From contig JAICVS010000002.1 in assembly GCA_025935195.1 (NCBI GenBank), positions 7,246-71,245 of the forward strand: 64,000 nucleotides of DNA. The letters run 5' to 3'. Within the stretch, counting starts at the first letter, position 1. Each line of letters begins with the position of its first letter. The translations under genes and the position numbers were made by a program. Shown in pieces: positions 49,295-58,932 of this stretch. The stretch is from Ktedonobacterales bacterium. GTDB taxonomy: Bacteria > Chloroflexota > Ktedonobacteria > Ktedonobacterales > JADMIN01. Under the pieces are notes generated by a model. It was given only the letters and a program-made list of their open reading frames with translations. It did not search any database and was not told the origin of the DNA.

Positions 49295-49512
49295 AGCGGC
49301 AACATCCCCGTGCCGTTTTTGCCACCCACCGTGCCACTTCTTGCCACATCGTTGCCGGTTCTTGCCGCTTTTGCCACCCATAACGCCACATGTCAAGTTG
49401 CCAAATCGCCCGACAAGGCTTGAATTCCCGCCTCGCGCCGATCCCCGCCTCGCACACAATCTGAAAAGCGGCAAAAACGGCAATGGTGACCATCCCAGTC
49501 AACTTTGCCGCT
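49295..49512. repeat. ~220-bp MITE-like element, copy 2 (inverted relative to copy 1)
   Basis: AGCGGCAA...TTGCCGCT ends; shares GAAAAGCGGCAAAAACGGCAATGGTGACCATCCCAGTCAAC exactly with copy 1. Confidence 0.8.
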
Positions 49513-49602
49513 CTTCCTCCGTTCCGCCGCGCTGGTACTCCCCTCTCTTCTCCTTCCTCCGCGCTCTCCGCGTCCTCCGCGGGCGGTTCAATCCTCTCTC
49601 CT

Positions 49603-49661
49603 CCTCCGTGTCCCTCCGTGTCCCTCCGTGTCCTCTGTGTCCTCTGTGGTCGTTCTCGTCT
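49603..49661. repeat. (CTCCGTGTCC)n short repeat element, copy 2
   Basis: Tandem CTC(C/T)GTGTCC units followed by GTGGTCGTTCTCGTCT. Confidence 0.7.
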
Positions 49662-49779
49662 GTCCTTCGGGCTGGCGCGCGCGCATCCCCGCGCATATAA
49701 TGGGCGATGCCGCGCGACGGAGCGCACGTGGCGAGGAGAGCCGCCGGCCTGTCAACATCACACACGAGGTCACACACAT

Positions 49780-51840
49780 ATGAGCGAGCCGTTTCTCGAC
49801 CGACTCCGTCAGGGACCGCTGCTGTGCGACGGCGCCATGGGCACCGTGCTCTACGCCCGCGCGCCCGAAAGCGTCATGCACGGCCGCTGCTTCGACGAGC
49901 TCGTCCTCACCGACCCCGGCCTCGTTCAGCGCATCCACGGCGAATACATCGCCGCCGGCGCCCAGGTGATCGAGACCAATACCTTCGGCGCCAACGCCGC
50001 CAAGCTCGCCAACTACGGCCTCGCCGATCAGGTCCGCACCATCAACCGCCGCGCCACCCAACTCGCCCGCGAAGCCCGCGAGATCGCCGGCCAGCCTGTC
50101 TTCGTCGCCGGCGCCGTCGGCCCCACCGGCGCCCCCAACGTCGGCCCCGCCGCGGCGGACGACACCCGCCTCGCCGCCCTGCGCGCCACCTTCCGCGCAC
50201 AGATCGAGGCCCTCATCGAAGGCGGCGCCGATCTGCTCATCCTCGAAACCTTCTCCAACCCGGTCGAGCTGCGCCAGGCCGTGCTCGCCGCGCGCGAGGC
50301 CGGCGACCTGCCCATCGTCGCCCAAATGACCTTCAGCGAGGACGGCCAATCCGCCTCGGGCGCTTCCCCGCTGGAATCCGCGCTGGCCCTCGCCTCCCTG
50401 GGCGTCTGCGCGCTCGGTGGCAACTGCGGCATCGGCCCCGCCGGCACGCTCGACGCCGTCAACGAGATGGCCGCCGCGCTGCGCACCCTCCATGACGGCG
50501 ACGAGATCTTCCTCTCCGCCCAGCCCAACGCCGGCCTGCCCGTGCGCGTCGAAAACCGCTTCCTCTACGTCTCCACCCCGCCCTACTTCGCCGACTACGC
50601 CCGCCGCTTCGCCGATGCCGGCGTGCGCCTTATCGGCGGCTGCTGCGGCACCACCCCCGCCCACATCGCCGCCATGCGCGCAGCCCTGGCCGACTACCTC
50701 CCCGACGCGCAATCCTCCGTCTGGACGGCCCCCAGCCTCGCCATCTCCCGCCCCGCCGACCTGGCCGCCGTCTCGCCCGTGGCCGGTGAATCCGAGACCC
50801 CATGCACGCGACTGCAAGCCGAGCTAGCTGCCGGTAATTTCGCCGTCAGCATCGAGCTGGACCCGCCCAAGGGCCTCAACCCCACCAAGATTCTCGACGG
50901 CGCCGCCCATCTCAAACGCCTGGGCGTCCAGTTCATCAACGTCGCCGACAGCCCCATGGCCCGCGTGCGCATGAGCTGCCTCGCCCTCGCCCGCCTCCTG
51001 CGCGACCACCTCGACCTGGAGCCCGTCATCCACTTCACCACCCGCGACCGCAACCTGATGGCGATCCAGTCGGACCTGCTCGGCGCGCACGCCCTCGGCG
51101 TCCACAACATCCTCGCCCTCACCGGCGATCCGCTCCACGCCGGCAACTACCCCAATCTCACCGGCGTCTGGGATGTGGACTCCGTCGGCCTCATCCGCAT
51201 CCTGCGCGGCATGAACGACGGCTACGACGCCGCCGGCGCCGCCCTCGGCATGCCCGCCCGCTTCCACATCGGCGCCGCCCTCAACCTCAACATGGAAGAT
51301 GCCCTGATCGACCTCGACCGCGAGCGCGCCCGCCGCAAACTAAGCGGCTCGCCGGCCGATAGCGCCGCCGGTGCCGGCGATGCCGGAGACATCGCGTACA
51401 CCCATCCACATCTCACCGAGACCGAGCTCGAGCTGCGCCGCCTGCGCCACAAGCTCGACGCCGGCGCCCGCTACATCATGACCCAGCCCATCTACGATCT
51501 GGAGCCACTGGAACGCTTCCGCGCCGCCTTCGGCCCGGTGGATGTGCCCATCATCCTCGGCATGATCCCGCTGCACAGCACCAAACACGCCGAATACCTG
51601 CACAACGAGGTGCCCGGCATCACCATCCCCGCCGAGGTGCGTGCCCGCATGCGCGAGGCCGGCGAGCGCGGCCGCGAGGTTGGCATCCAGCTCGCCCACG
51701 ACGTGATCGCCGCCGCGCGCGACCGCGGCCTCATCCAGGGCTGCTACCTCATGCCCTCCTACGGCCGCTACGACCTCGTCGGCGAGCTTGCCCAGGAATT
51801 GCTGCGTACCGCCCGCCCGCCTGCCCGCTCCCGCGCCTGA
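49780..51840 (+). CDS. yitJ: Bifunctional homocysteine S-methyltransferase / methylenetetrahydrofolate reductase
   Basis: DGAMGT, TNTFGAN, GNC, PNAG, GGCCGT; ELDPP, TRDRN, LTGD, TQP. Confidence 0.92.
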   Translation: MSEPFLDRLRQGPLLCDGAMGTVLYARAPESVMHGRCFDELVLTDPGLVQRIHGEYIAAGAQVIETNTFGANAAKLANYGLADQVRTINRRATQLAREAREIAGQPVFVAGAVGPTGAPNVGPAAADDTRLAALRATFRAQIEALIEGGADLLILETFSNPVELRQAVLAAREAGDLPIVAQMTFSEDGQSASGASPLESALALASLGVCALGGNCGIGPAGTLDAVNEMAAALRTLHDGDEIFLSAQPNAGLPVRVENRFLYVSTPPYFADYARRFADAGVRLIGGCCGTTPAHIAAMRAALADYLPDAQSSVWTAPSLAISRPADLAAVSPVAGESETPCTRLQAELAAGNFAVSIELDPPKGLNPTKILDGAAHLKRLGVQFINVADSPMARVRMSCLALARLLRDHLDLEPVIHFTTRDRNLMAIQSDLLGAHALGVHNILALTGDPLHAGNYPNLTGVWDVDSVGLIRILRGMNDGYDAAGAALGMPARFHIGAALNLNMEDALIDLDRERARRKLSGSPADSAAGAGDAGDIAYTHPHLTETELELRRLRHKLDAGARYIMTQPIYDLEPLERFRAAFGPVDVPIILGMIPLHSTKHAEYLHNEVPGITIPAEVRARMREAGERGREVGIQLAHDVIAAARDRGLIQGCYLMPSYGRYDLVGELAQELLRTARPPARSRA

Positions 51841-51985
51841 GCCTGGCCGCCATGCGAGACGCATCACCGCCCACATGGTATGGACGCAAAGGAAGCAGCC
51901 TATTCGCATACTCCGCATTCCCTCTGCGACCTCTGCGGTTCAATGCTCCCTATCTGCTCATAACGGAAGGAGACGATAACCAGCT

Positions 51986-52501
51986 ATGGAAACACGGATG
52001 CCGCCACCATCGGGCAAGTACAGACCGCCCGCCGCACCAGACCCTACGCCATCGTCCAGTGGCCCCCGCCGCCTGCTGGCCCGCTTCCCCGTCGTCCTTG
52101 GCGCCGCCGCCGGCCTGGCCCTCGCCGCCGTCGCCCTCGTCATCCTGCTGCTCGCCCACCCCGCGCCGTCGCTCACACAGAAACCGCCCCCAGACGCCGC
52201 CGCACGCGCCATCTGCGCCAGCCTGCGTGCCCAGAGCTACACCGCGCTATACACGGAACTGACACCCCATCTGCGCGGCCTCGGCACTCAGGACCAATTC
52301 AGCGCCAGCCAGCGGCAGGTTGACTCGGTGCAAGGCGCCGTCACCACCTGCGCCTTCAGTGTCGGCCATGTCGCCGCCTCATCGGCGGATGTCACGTTCC
52401 ACATCACACGCGCGCGCGCCGGCGCGCTCACCGGCCAGGCCGGGCTTGCCTTTGACGGCTCAACCTGGCAGCTCGACACCTACGACACCAGCGTCCTCTA
52501 G
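51986..52501 (+). CDS. Hypothetical membrane-anchored protein
   Basis: One TM helix and a small domain with two Cys; AAGGAG upstream. Confidence 0.65.
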   Translation: METRMPPPSGKYRPPAAPDPTPSSSGPRRLLARFPVVLGAAAGLALAAVALVILLLAHPAPSLTQKPPPDAAARAICASLRAQSYTALYTELTPHLRGLGTQDQFSASQRQVDSVQGAVTTCAFSVGHVAASSADVTFHITRARAGALTGQAGLAFDGSTWQLDTYDTSVL

Positions 52502-52541
52502 TCCCTGCCGGCCAGGGAGATCGCGGCGCCAGCCGCCCATC

Positions 52542-53213
52542 TCAATTCAGCGACGTGCGATCCAACCCGCCCGTGCGGACTTTGACGCCGTCGAGCTGAA
52601 CCGCCAGCAGCGCGATCTCGTCGCGTAGCGCGCGGATGCCGCTCTCCAGCCGTGCATCCATTGACGTGAGCTCCAGCAGCGTTTGCTTCTCGCAGTCCTC
52701 GCAGGTCAGGCACATGCCGATCATAAAAGATAGTTCCTCGGCGCCCTCAGGGATGCCGATGGCCTGCTCATCGCTACCGATCAGCGTCATCACGAGACGC
52801 AAATAGTCCCGCAGCGCGGCTCGCGCCTCCCGCACGAGCGTCTCGTGCTGGCCGGAGATCGCGGCGGCGGGCGCATCATCCAGCGGCCGCACCAGCGCGG
52901 TCAGATAGGGCTTTGCGCGCCGCACCTCGAAGATGCGGAAGCGGCGCATGCCCAGCGCCAGCAGATTGAAGCGACCCTCCGGCAGGCGCTCACAATCCGA
53001 GATGCGGGCGAGCGTCCCGACCCGCCCGATCAGCGCGCGCTCGTCCTCGCCCTCCGTTGGCGCCAGCACCACGCCAAACGACGCGCGGTCGGCCAGGCAA
53101 TCCGCCATCATCAGGCGGTAGCGCGGCTCGAAGATGTGCAGCGGCAGGGCCATCCCTGGAAACAGCACCATGTCCAGCGGGAAGATCGGCACCTCGAAAC
53201 AGTCTTCTCCCAT
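52542..53213 (-). CDS. LON peptidase substrate-binding domain protein
   Basis: PIFPL.MVLFPG..LPLHIFEPRY; AGGAGG RBS. Confidence 0.9.
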   Translation of the reverse strand: MGEDCFEVPIFPLDMVLFPGMALPLHIFEPRYRLMMADCLADRASFGVVLAPTEGEDERALIGRVGTLARISDCERLPEGRFNLLALGMRRFRIFEVRRAKPYLTALVRPLDDAPAAAISGQHETLVREARAALRDYLRLVMTLIGSDEQAIGIPEGAEELSFMIGMCLTCEDCEKQTLLELTSMDARLESGIRALRDEIALLAVQLDGVKVRTGGLDRTSLN

Positions 53214-53417
53214 GCCGGCCTCCTGCCCGCACTCAGCCCGGCGCGCGTCTGTAGCGTAGGGCGTGCCGAAAAGACCGCGGGCGCCGCGACAGGCGACAGA
53301 ATGTGTCTCAGAATGTATCATGGTATGCGCACGGGATGCCAAGAGATGCCAAGAGACGTGCGGGCATCACCACACAGGCGCGTCACAGTTCAGGCAAGAG
53401 CGCAAGAGGGGGATCGC

Positions 53418-54431
53418 GTGCGCGCAATCGTTGGACATGAGCAGGTCACGGCGCGGCTCGGCCAGGCCGTGGCGAGCGGGCTGGTCGCGCATGCCTACCT
53501 GTTCGTCGGGCCGGACGGCATCGGCAAAACCACCCTGGCGCTGGAGTTCGCGCGCCTCCTCGAATGCGAGCGGCCAGACCTGACCACCGGCGACCCGTGC
53601 GGCGTCTGCTCCGCTTGCCGCCGCATCGCCCACGGCAACCACACCGACATAACGCTGGTAGAGCCGGAGGAAGGCAAGCGCCAGCTCGGCATCGAGAGCG
53701 TGCGCGAAAACGTGATCCACCTGGCGAATCTGGCCCCATCATCCGGCCGCTGGCGCGTCTTCATCCTGCCCAACGTCGAGCGCATGACCGCGAACACCGT
53801 CAACGCCCTGCTCAAAACGCTGGAAGAGCCGCCGGAAAGCGTCGTGCTGCTGTTGACGACCGCGGAGCCGGAGAACCTCTTGCCCACGCTGCTCTCGCGC
53901 TGCCAGATCGTGCCGATGCGGCCGCTGGACGCGAACGTGATTGCGGACGCGCTGACCGCGCGCTGGTCGGTGCCGGACGAGCGGGCACGCACCTTCGCGG
54001 GGCTGGCCAACGGGCGGCTGGGCTGGGCCGTCCGCGCGCACGACGACCCCGATCTGGCGCGCGCGCGCGCCGAGCAGTTGAACAAGCTGATCGCCTGCAC
54101 CTATGCTGGGCGCGACGAGCGGCTGGCCGCGGCGGCTCGCCTTGGCGCCGATGCCGAGGCGGCGCGGTCGTCCATCGAGCTTTGGATGCTCTGGTGGCGT
54201 GATGTTGTACTGGCGGCCCACGGCGCGACACATCTGCTCAACGACGGCGCCGCGCGCGACGAGGCCACGGCGCAGGGCCGCGCGCTGGGGCCGGAGCCGG
54301 CGGAGCGCTTCCTGCGCGCGCTGATCGAGGCGCAGGCCGCGTTGGAGCAGAACGCCAATCCGCGCCTCACGCTGGATGTGCTCATGCTCGACCTGCCACA
54401 CCTCGCCCGCCAGGCATCCGGTCGCCGCTAG
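53418..54431 (+). CDS. holB: DNA polymerase III subunit delta'
   Basis: HAYLFVGPDGIGK, CGVCSAC, NALLKTLEEPP, TLLSRC. Confidence 0.92.
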   Translation: MRAIVGHEQVTARLGQAVASGLVAHAYLFVGPDGIGKTTLALEFARLLECERPDLTTGDPCGVCSACRRIAHGNHTDITLVEPEEGKRQLGIESVRENVIHLANLAPSSGRWRVFILPNVERMTANTVNALLKTLEEPPESVVLLLTTAEPENLLPTLLSRCQIVPMRPLDANVIADALTARWSVPDERARTFAGLANGRLGWAVRAHDDPDLARARAEQLNKLIACTYAGRDERLAAAARLGADAEAARSSIELWMLWWRDVVLAAHGATHLLNDGAARDEATAQGRALGPEPAERFLRALIEAQAALEQNANPRLTLDVLMLDLPHLARQASGRR

Positions 54432-54594
54432 CGCGCCACGCCGCACTCGTGAGCAATCTGTGAGCCGCGACACAGCCACCGGCGGTACGATTCGGCTAGA
54501 CTGGAAGTGGATGGCGAATCTCCCGACGCGACGCGGGCGGCGATCTCTGCGCTCCGACGCGATCCGTCGCCCTCGCCACCGGAGGGTACATCCC

Positions 54595-55227
54595 ATGCGG
54601 CATCCACTCACTCCGCGCCCTGCTCGTCCCGCGCTCGTGCTGCTGGTATGCCTGCTCGCGCTGCTGACCGCCGCGTGCGACTCCAGCGCATCCACCAGCG
54701 GCGGCCCCACTCCGCGGCCCGCCACCGCCACCAGCGCCCCCGCCACGGCAACAGCCGCGCCAGCTTCAGCCACCGCGACGCTCACTGATATCCCCGTCAA
54801 GGTCTTCTTCTCTAAGCATCCTGAGACCGACACCAACCCCGTCGCCGTGTTCCCGGTGAACCGCGTCTCGCCCGATACGGGCGTCATCAAGTACGCCATC
54901 ACGCAGCTCATCGCCGGGCCGACGGCATCTGAGAAGGCATCCGGCTACTACACACCCCTGACTGCCGCGCTCACCGGCGCATCCAACTGCGGCGGACCAG
55001 ACTTCCAGGTGACGCGCGACGTGCGCGGCGCCACGCCGGAAGTTGGCACCGTCACGCTACGCTTCTGCCGCACCGTCTCCCTCAGCGGCGACCTCACCGG
55101 CGGCGTCATCGCCGCCGAGATCACGCAGAGCATCCTGCAGTTCCCCAACAACACGAAGGTCGTCATCCTCACCAAAGATGGCGGCTGCTTCGACGACCTC
55201 TCCGGCCGCAACAATTGCCTGAGCTAA
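54595..55227 (+). CDS. Lipoprotein, GerMN-like domain
   Basis: LTAAC lipobox, PT-rich linker, LIAGPTASEK. Confidence 0.7.
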   Translation: MRHPLTPRPARPALVLLVCLLALLTAACDSSASTSGGPTPRPATATSAPATATAAPASATATLTDIPVKVFFSKHPETDTNPVAVFPVNRVSPDTGVIKYAITQLIAGPTASEKASGYYTPLTAALTGASNCGGPDFQVTRDVRGATPEVGTVTLRFCRTVSLSGDLTGGVIAAEITQSILQFPNNTKVVILTKDGGCFDDLSGRNNCLS

Positions 55228-55326
55228 GCCAACTGGGGTACTGGGGTATTCTGAGTCGGCAGCAGAGGCGACAGCAGAGGCGACAGCGCGCAGCGAACTG
55301 TCACCAGCGGGCAGGCCCGCCGATAG

Positions 55327-55335
55327 TGCTATAAT
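55327..55335 (+). promoter_or_regulatory. Extended -10 promoter element
   Basis: TGCTATAAT upstream of the rRNA methyltransferase gene. Confidence 0.5.
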
Positions 55336-55402
55336 GGCAGGCCGAGCCTCCTTCTCCCTTGGGACACGCGCGACACCTCAACGAACAGGCGACGGCTTGA
55401 CG

Positions 55403-56620
55403 ATGTCTCCCGCATACCCCGTACTCCACCTGCGCTCCGGCCGCGAGTTCTCCCCGCTGAATGGGCACCCGTGGGTGTTCTCCGGCGCCTTTCGTGAGCT
55501 GCCGGAGGATGCCCCTGCTGGCATCGTCGCGGATGTCGTGTCGAGCCGCGGCGACTGGATCGCCCGCGGCCACCTTAACGCCCGCAACAGCCTGGCCTTC
55601 CGTGTCCTGAGCCGCGACCAGGATGAAGAGATAGGGGGCGACTTCTACCAGCGGCGCATCCGCCACGCGCTCGCCCTGCGCCGGCTGCTGCCGGCGGATG
55701 TGAGCGCGTACCGGCTGGTGAACGCGGAAGGCGATGGGCTGCCGGGGCTGATTGTGGACCGCTTCGACCGCTGGCTCGTCGCGCAGTTCCACACGGCCGG
55801 TGTTGAGCGCCAGCGCGAGCTGATCCTCGATGCGCTGCACGCCGTCGTGTCGCCGGACGGCATCGAGGGCATCCTGGTGCGCGACGACATCCGCGTGCGC
55901 GAGCGCGAAGGACTGGCCGCGGGCGGCGCCTCGATCGCGCGCGGGGCGGTGCCGCCGCTGCTGACCATCGCGGAGGGCGCCGTGCGCTATCTCGTAGACC
56001 CCTGGCACGGCCAGAAGACGGGCTTCTTCCTGGATCAGCGCGACAAGCGCGCCGCCATCGCCGCCGTCTCCGGCGATGCCCACACCCTGCTGAACTGCTT
56101 CTCGTACACCGGCGGCTTCGCCCTCGCCGCGCTCGCGCGCAACCCGGCGCTGCGCACGGTCAATGTGGACGCCTCGGCGCCGGCCCTCGATCTCGCCCGG
56201 CGCAACTTCGCGCTCAACGGCCACGACCCGGACGCGCCGGACGCGCACGAGTTCGTCACCGGCGATGTGACCCGCTTCCTGCAAGCGGCCCATCAGGACG
56301 GCCGCGCCTTCGACATCGTCGTCTCCGATCCGCCGGCCTTCGCCAAAAACCTCGGCATGAAAGAGCGCGCCCTGCGCGGCTACGAGACGCTGAACACACA
56401 TGCGGCGCGCGTCGTGGCGCCGGGCGGCCTGCTGCTCACTTGCTCGTGCTCCGGGGCGGTCACGCGCGACGAATTCGAGGACGTGGTGCATGCCGGCCTG
56501 ACACGGGTACACCGCGAGGCGCAGCTCGTGGCCGACTTCGGCCCCAGCCTCGATCACCCGACCCTGCCCGGCTTTGTCGAGGACCGCTACCTCAAAGCGC
56601 TGCTGCTGCGTGTATGGTGA
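55403..56620 (+). CDS. rlmI: RlmI-like PUA-domain rRNA m5C methyltransferase
   Basis: GHPWVF, EGDGLPGL, GQKTGFFLDQR, FSYTGGF, DPPAF, TCSCS. Confidence 0.88.
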   Translation: MSPAYPVLHLRSGREFSPLNGHPWVFSGAFRELPEDAPAGIVADVVSSRGDWIARGHLNARNSLAFRVLSRDQDEEIGGDFYQRRIRHALALRRLLPADVSAYRLVNAEGDGLPGLIVDRFDRWLVAQFHTAGVERQRELILDALHAVVSPDGIEGILVRDDIRVREREGLAAGGASIARGAVPPLLTIAEGAVRYLVDPWHGQKTGFFLDQRDKRAAIAAVSGDAHTLLNCFSYTGGFALAALARNPALRTVNVDASAPALDLARRNFALNGHDPDAPDAHEFVTGDVTRFLQAAHQDGRAFDIVVSDPPAFAKNLGMKERALRGYETLNTHAARVVAPGGLLLTCSCSGAVTRDEFEDVVHAGLTRVHREAQLVADFGPSLDHPTLPGFVEDRYLKALLLRVW

Positions 56621-56766
56621 GTGGCCGGCCCACTGGCGGGCCGTCGCAACCCGGCGGGCCTACTGCCGTAGATTGTTGCGACCGCATAGATTGCGCTGGA
56701 TCGATCAGCGCCCTGGTAGCGCATGCGCGCCGCCCCAATGTTGCTATTCGTCAGGAGTGCCACCGG

Positions 56767-57951
56767 ATGCGTCTCGTCCTCTATCTCGGCAAGGGCGGCG
56801 TCGGCAAGACGACCCTGGCCGCCGCCACCGCCGCGCGCGCCGCCCAGCTTGGCAAGCGCACGCTCGTCGTCAGCACCGACCTCGCCCATAGCCTCGCCGA
56901 TGCGCTCGACGCGCCACTCTCCGCCGAGCCGCGGCGCATCAGCGATAACCTGTGGGCGCAGGAGATCAACGTGCTGGACGAGATGCGCGCCCACTGGAGC
57001 CGCGTGCAGGAGTACGTCACCAACGTGCTCAAGAAGCAGGGCATTGGCGACGTGGCCGCCGAGGAGATGGCGCTCATCCCTGGTATGGACGAGATCGTGG
57101 CCCTGCTCAACATCCACCGGCAGGCGCGCGACGGTGCCTTCGACGTGGTGGTGGTGGACGCGGCGCCGACCGGCGAGACGGTGCGGCTGCTCAGCATGCC
57201 GGAGACGTTCCTGTGGTACGCCAACCAGGCCAAGGGCTGGAAGGGCGTCGCCATGAACGCCGCCAAGCCCCTGCTCAAAACGTTCTTGCCCGGCGTCAAC
57301 GTGCTGGACTCGCTGCAAAAGCTGAACGAGCAGGTGGCCGTGCTGCGCGGCGTGCTCACCGACCCGGATGTCAGCTCCTACCGGCTCGTCGTCACGCCGG
57401 AGAAGATGGTGATCAAAGAGGCGCTGCGCGCCGAAACGTACCTTGCCCTCTTCGGCTATCCCATTGACGGCGTGCTGTGCAATCGCGTGCTGCCCGCGCC
57501 GGAGGGCGCCGAGTACCGCGACACGCTGCTGCGCGAGATGGCGGAGCAGCAGCGGGCGTACCACGAACAGATTCACCGCACCTTCGCGCCCCTGCCTGTC
57601 TGGGATGTGCCCTATCGCTCGCGCGAGATTCTCGGCGCGGCGGCGCTGGCCGAACTGGGGGCAACGGTCTGGGGTGGCGAGGATCCGACGCGCGTGTACC
57701 ATCGCGGCTCGCTGCAGGAGCTCACCCGGCAGGGCGAGGGCTACGTGCTGCGGCTGCCGCTGCCGCATGTCGAGATGGGCAAGGTGGGCATGCTCAAGAA
57801 GGGCGACGACTTGATCGTGGAGATCGGCAACTTCAAGCGTGACGTCGCGCTGCCCACCGTGCTGGTGCCGATGGAAGCGACCGTCGCGCGCATGGTCAAC
57901 GGCGCGCTGGAGGTGACGTTCACACCGCCGACGGCCGCGCGCAGCGCATAG
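56767..57951 (+). CDS. ArsA/GET3-family ATPase with C-terminal HSP20-like domain
   Basis: GKGGVGKTT, STDLAHSL, DAAPTG; C-terminal beta domain. Confidence 0.92.
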   Translation: MRLVLYLGKGGVGKTTLAAATAARAAQLGKRTLVVSTDLAHSLADALDAPLSAEPRRISDNLWAQEINVLDEMRAHWSRVQEYVTNVLKKQGIGDVAAEEMALIPGMDEIVALLNIHRQARDGAFDVVVVDAAPTGETVRLLSMPETFLWYANQAKGWKGVAMNAAKPLLKTFLPGVNVLDSLQKLNEQVAVLRGVLTDPDVSSYRLVVTPEKMVIKEALRAETYLALFGYPIDGVLCNRVLPAPEGAEYRDTLLREMAEQQRAYHEQIHRTFAPLPVWDVPYRSREILGAAALAELGATVWGGEDPTRVYHRGSLQELTRQGEGYVLRLPLPHVEMGKVGMLKKGDDLIVEIGNFKRDVALPTVLVPMEATVARMVNGALEVTFTPPTAARSA

Positions 57952-57987
57952 CGCCTGCTGGAGTCGGGATTGCATGAGCAAACAGCG

Positions 57988-58911
57988 ATGACTCAGGAGA
58001 CCTCATCCACTGAGGCGGCGCGCGGACCAGGCGATGAGCCGCCGCGCATCGCTGAGCGAGGCATCGTCGTGAAGGGCCTACGCCTGGCGACGGCGATGAA
58101 TGACGCGCCGCCGGAGGTGAAGTCGCGTGTGCCGCTGGTGGTGCTGCCGGCGGCGGGCTTCGCCTGGGGCGACTACCGGCCGATCCTTGAGCACTTCGGC
58201 GGCGAGCGGCGCGTCTTTGCGCTGGACTGGCCCGGCTTCGGCGCCTCGGCCAAACCGTCCCCAACAGACTTCGCGTATGGGGCGCCAGCCTACGCCGAGC
58301 TGCTGGAGCCGTGGCTGAACGCGCTCGGCGCGACGCGCGTCGTGCTGCTGGGCAACGGCATCGGCGGCGCGGCGGCGCTCCACTTCGCGCTGGCGCAGCC
58401 GGAGCGCGTGCTTGGCCTGTTCCTGGTCGCGCCCGCCGGTTTCGCCCCGGCTGGCATCGCGCGCATGCTGGCAACACGCCTGCTCGGCATGCCGGCCCTG
58501 CTGGAGCGCATCGCGCCGCTGCTCGCCAACCTCGCCCTCGGCCCCGCCACACCGGAGACGCGCGCCGTGCTGGCGGCGCGCAAGTCGCGCCGTGCCGCCA
58601 ACCGTGACAGCGACAGCGGCGTGCTGGCCGAAGCCGCGCTCTGGCGAGCGCTCGGCCAGCCGGATGCGGACCTCACCGGCCCCGCGCGCCAGGTCTCCGC
58701 GTCTGCTATGCTCGTACGTGGCGCGCTCGATCCGCTCTTCTCCGCGGGCGATGCGCGGCGAGCAACCGAATCCATCGGCCCACGCGGGGCGGTCGAGGTG
58801 GTACTGCCGGGAGCGGGACATCTGCCGTTCTTGCAGCAGCCGCGCCGCTTCTATCAGGCATTGGCCGGGATGCTGGGCGCGGCGGAGTATCGTGCCGCCG
58901 CGCTCTCCTGA
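57988..58911 (+). CDS. Alpha/beta hydrolase fold protein (elbow Ser absent)
   Basis: DWPGFGAS, GNGIGG, GALD, GAGHLP. Confidence 0.82.
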   Translation: MTQETSSTEAARGPGDEPPRIAERGIVVKGLRLATAMNDAPPEVKSRVPLVVLPAAGFAWGDYRPILEHFGGERRVFALDWPGFGASAKPSPTDFAYGAPAYAELLEPWLNALGATRVVLLGNGIGGAAALHFALAQPERVLGLFLVAPAGFAPAGIARMLATRLLGMPALLERIAPLLANLALGPATPETRAVLAARKSRRAANRDSDSGVLAEAALWRALGQPDADLTGPARQVSASAMLVRGALDPLFSAGDARRATESIGPRGAVEVVLPGAGHLPFLQQPRRFYQALAGMLGAAEYRAAALS

Positions 58912-58932
58912 ACCGCATCAAGATTGGTTCAC

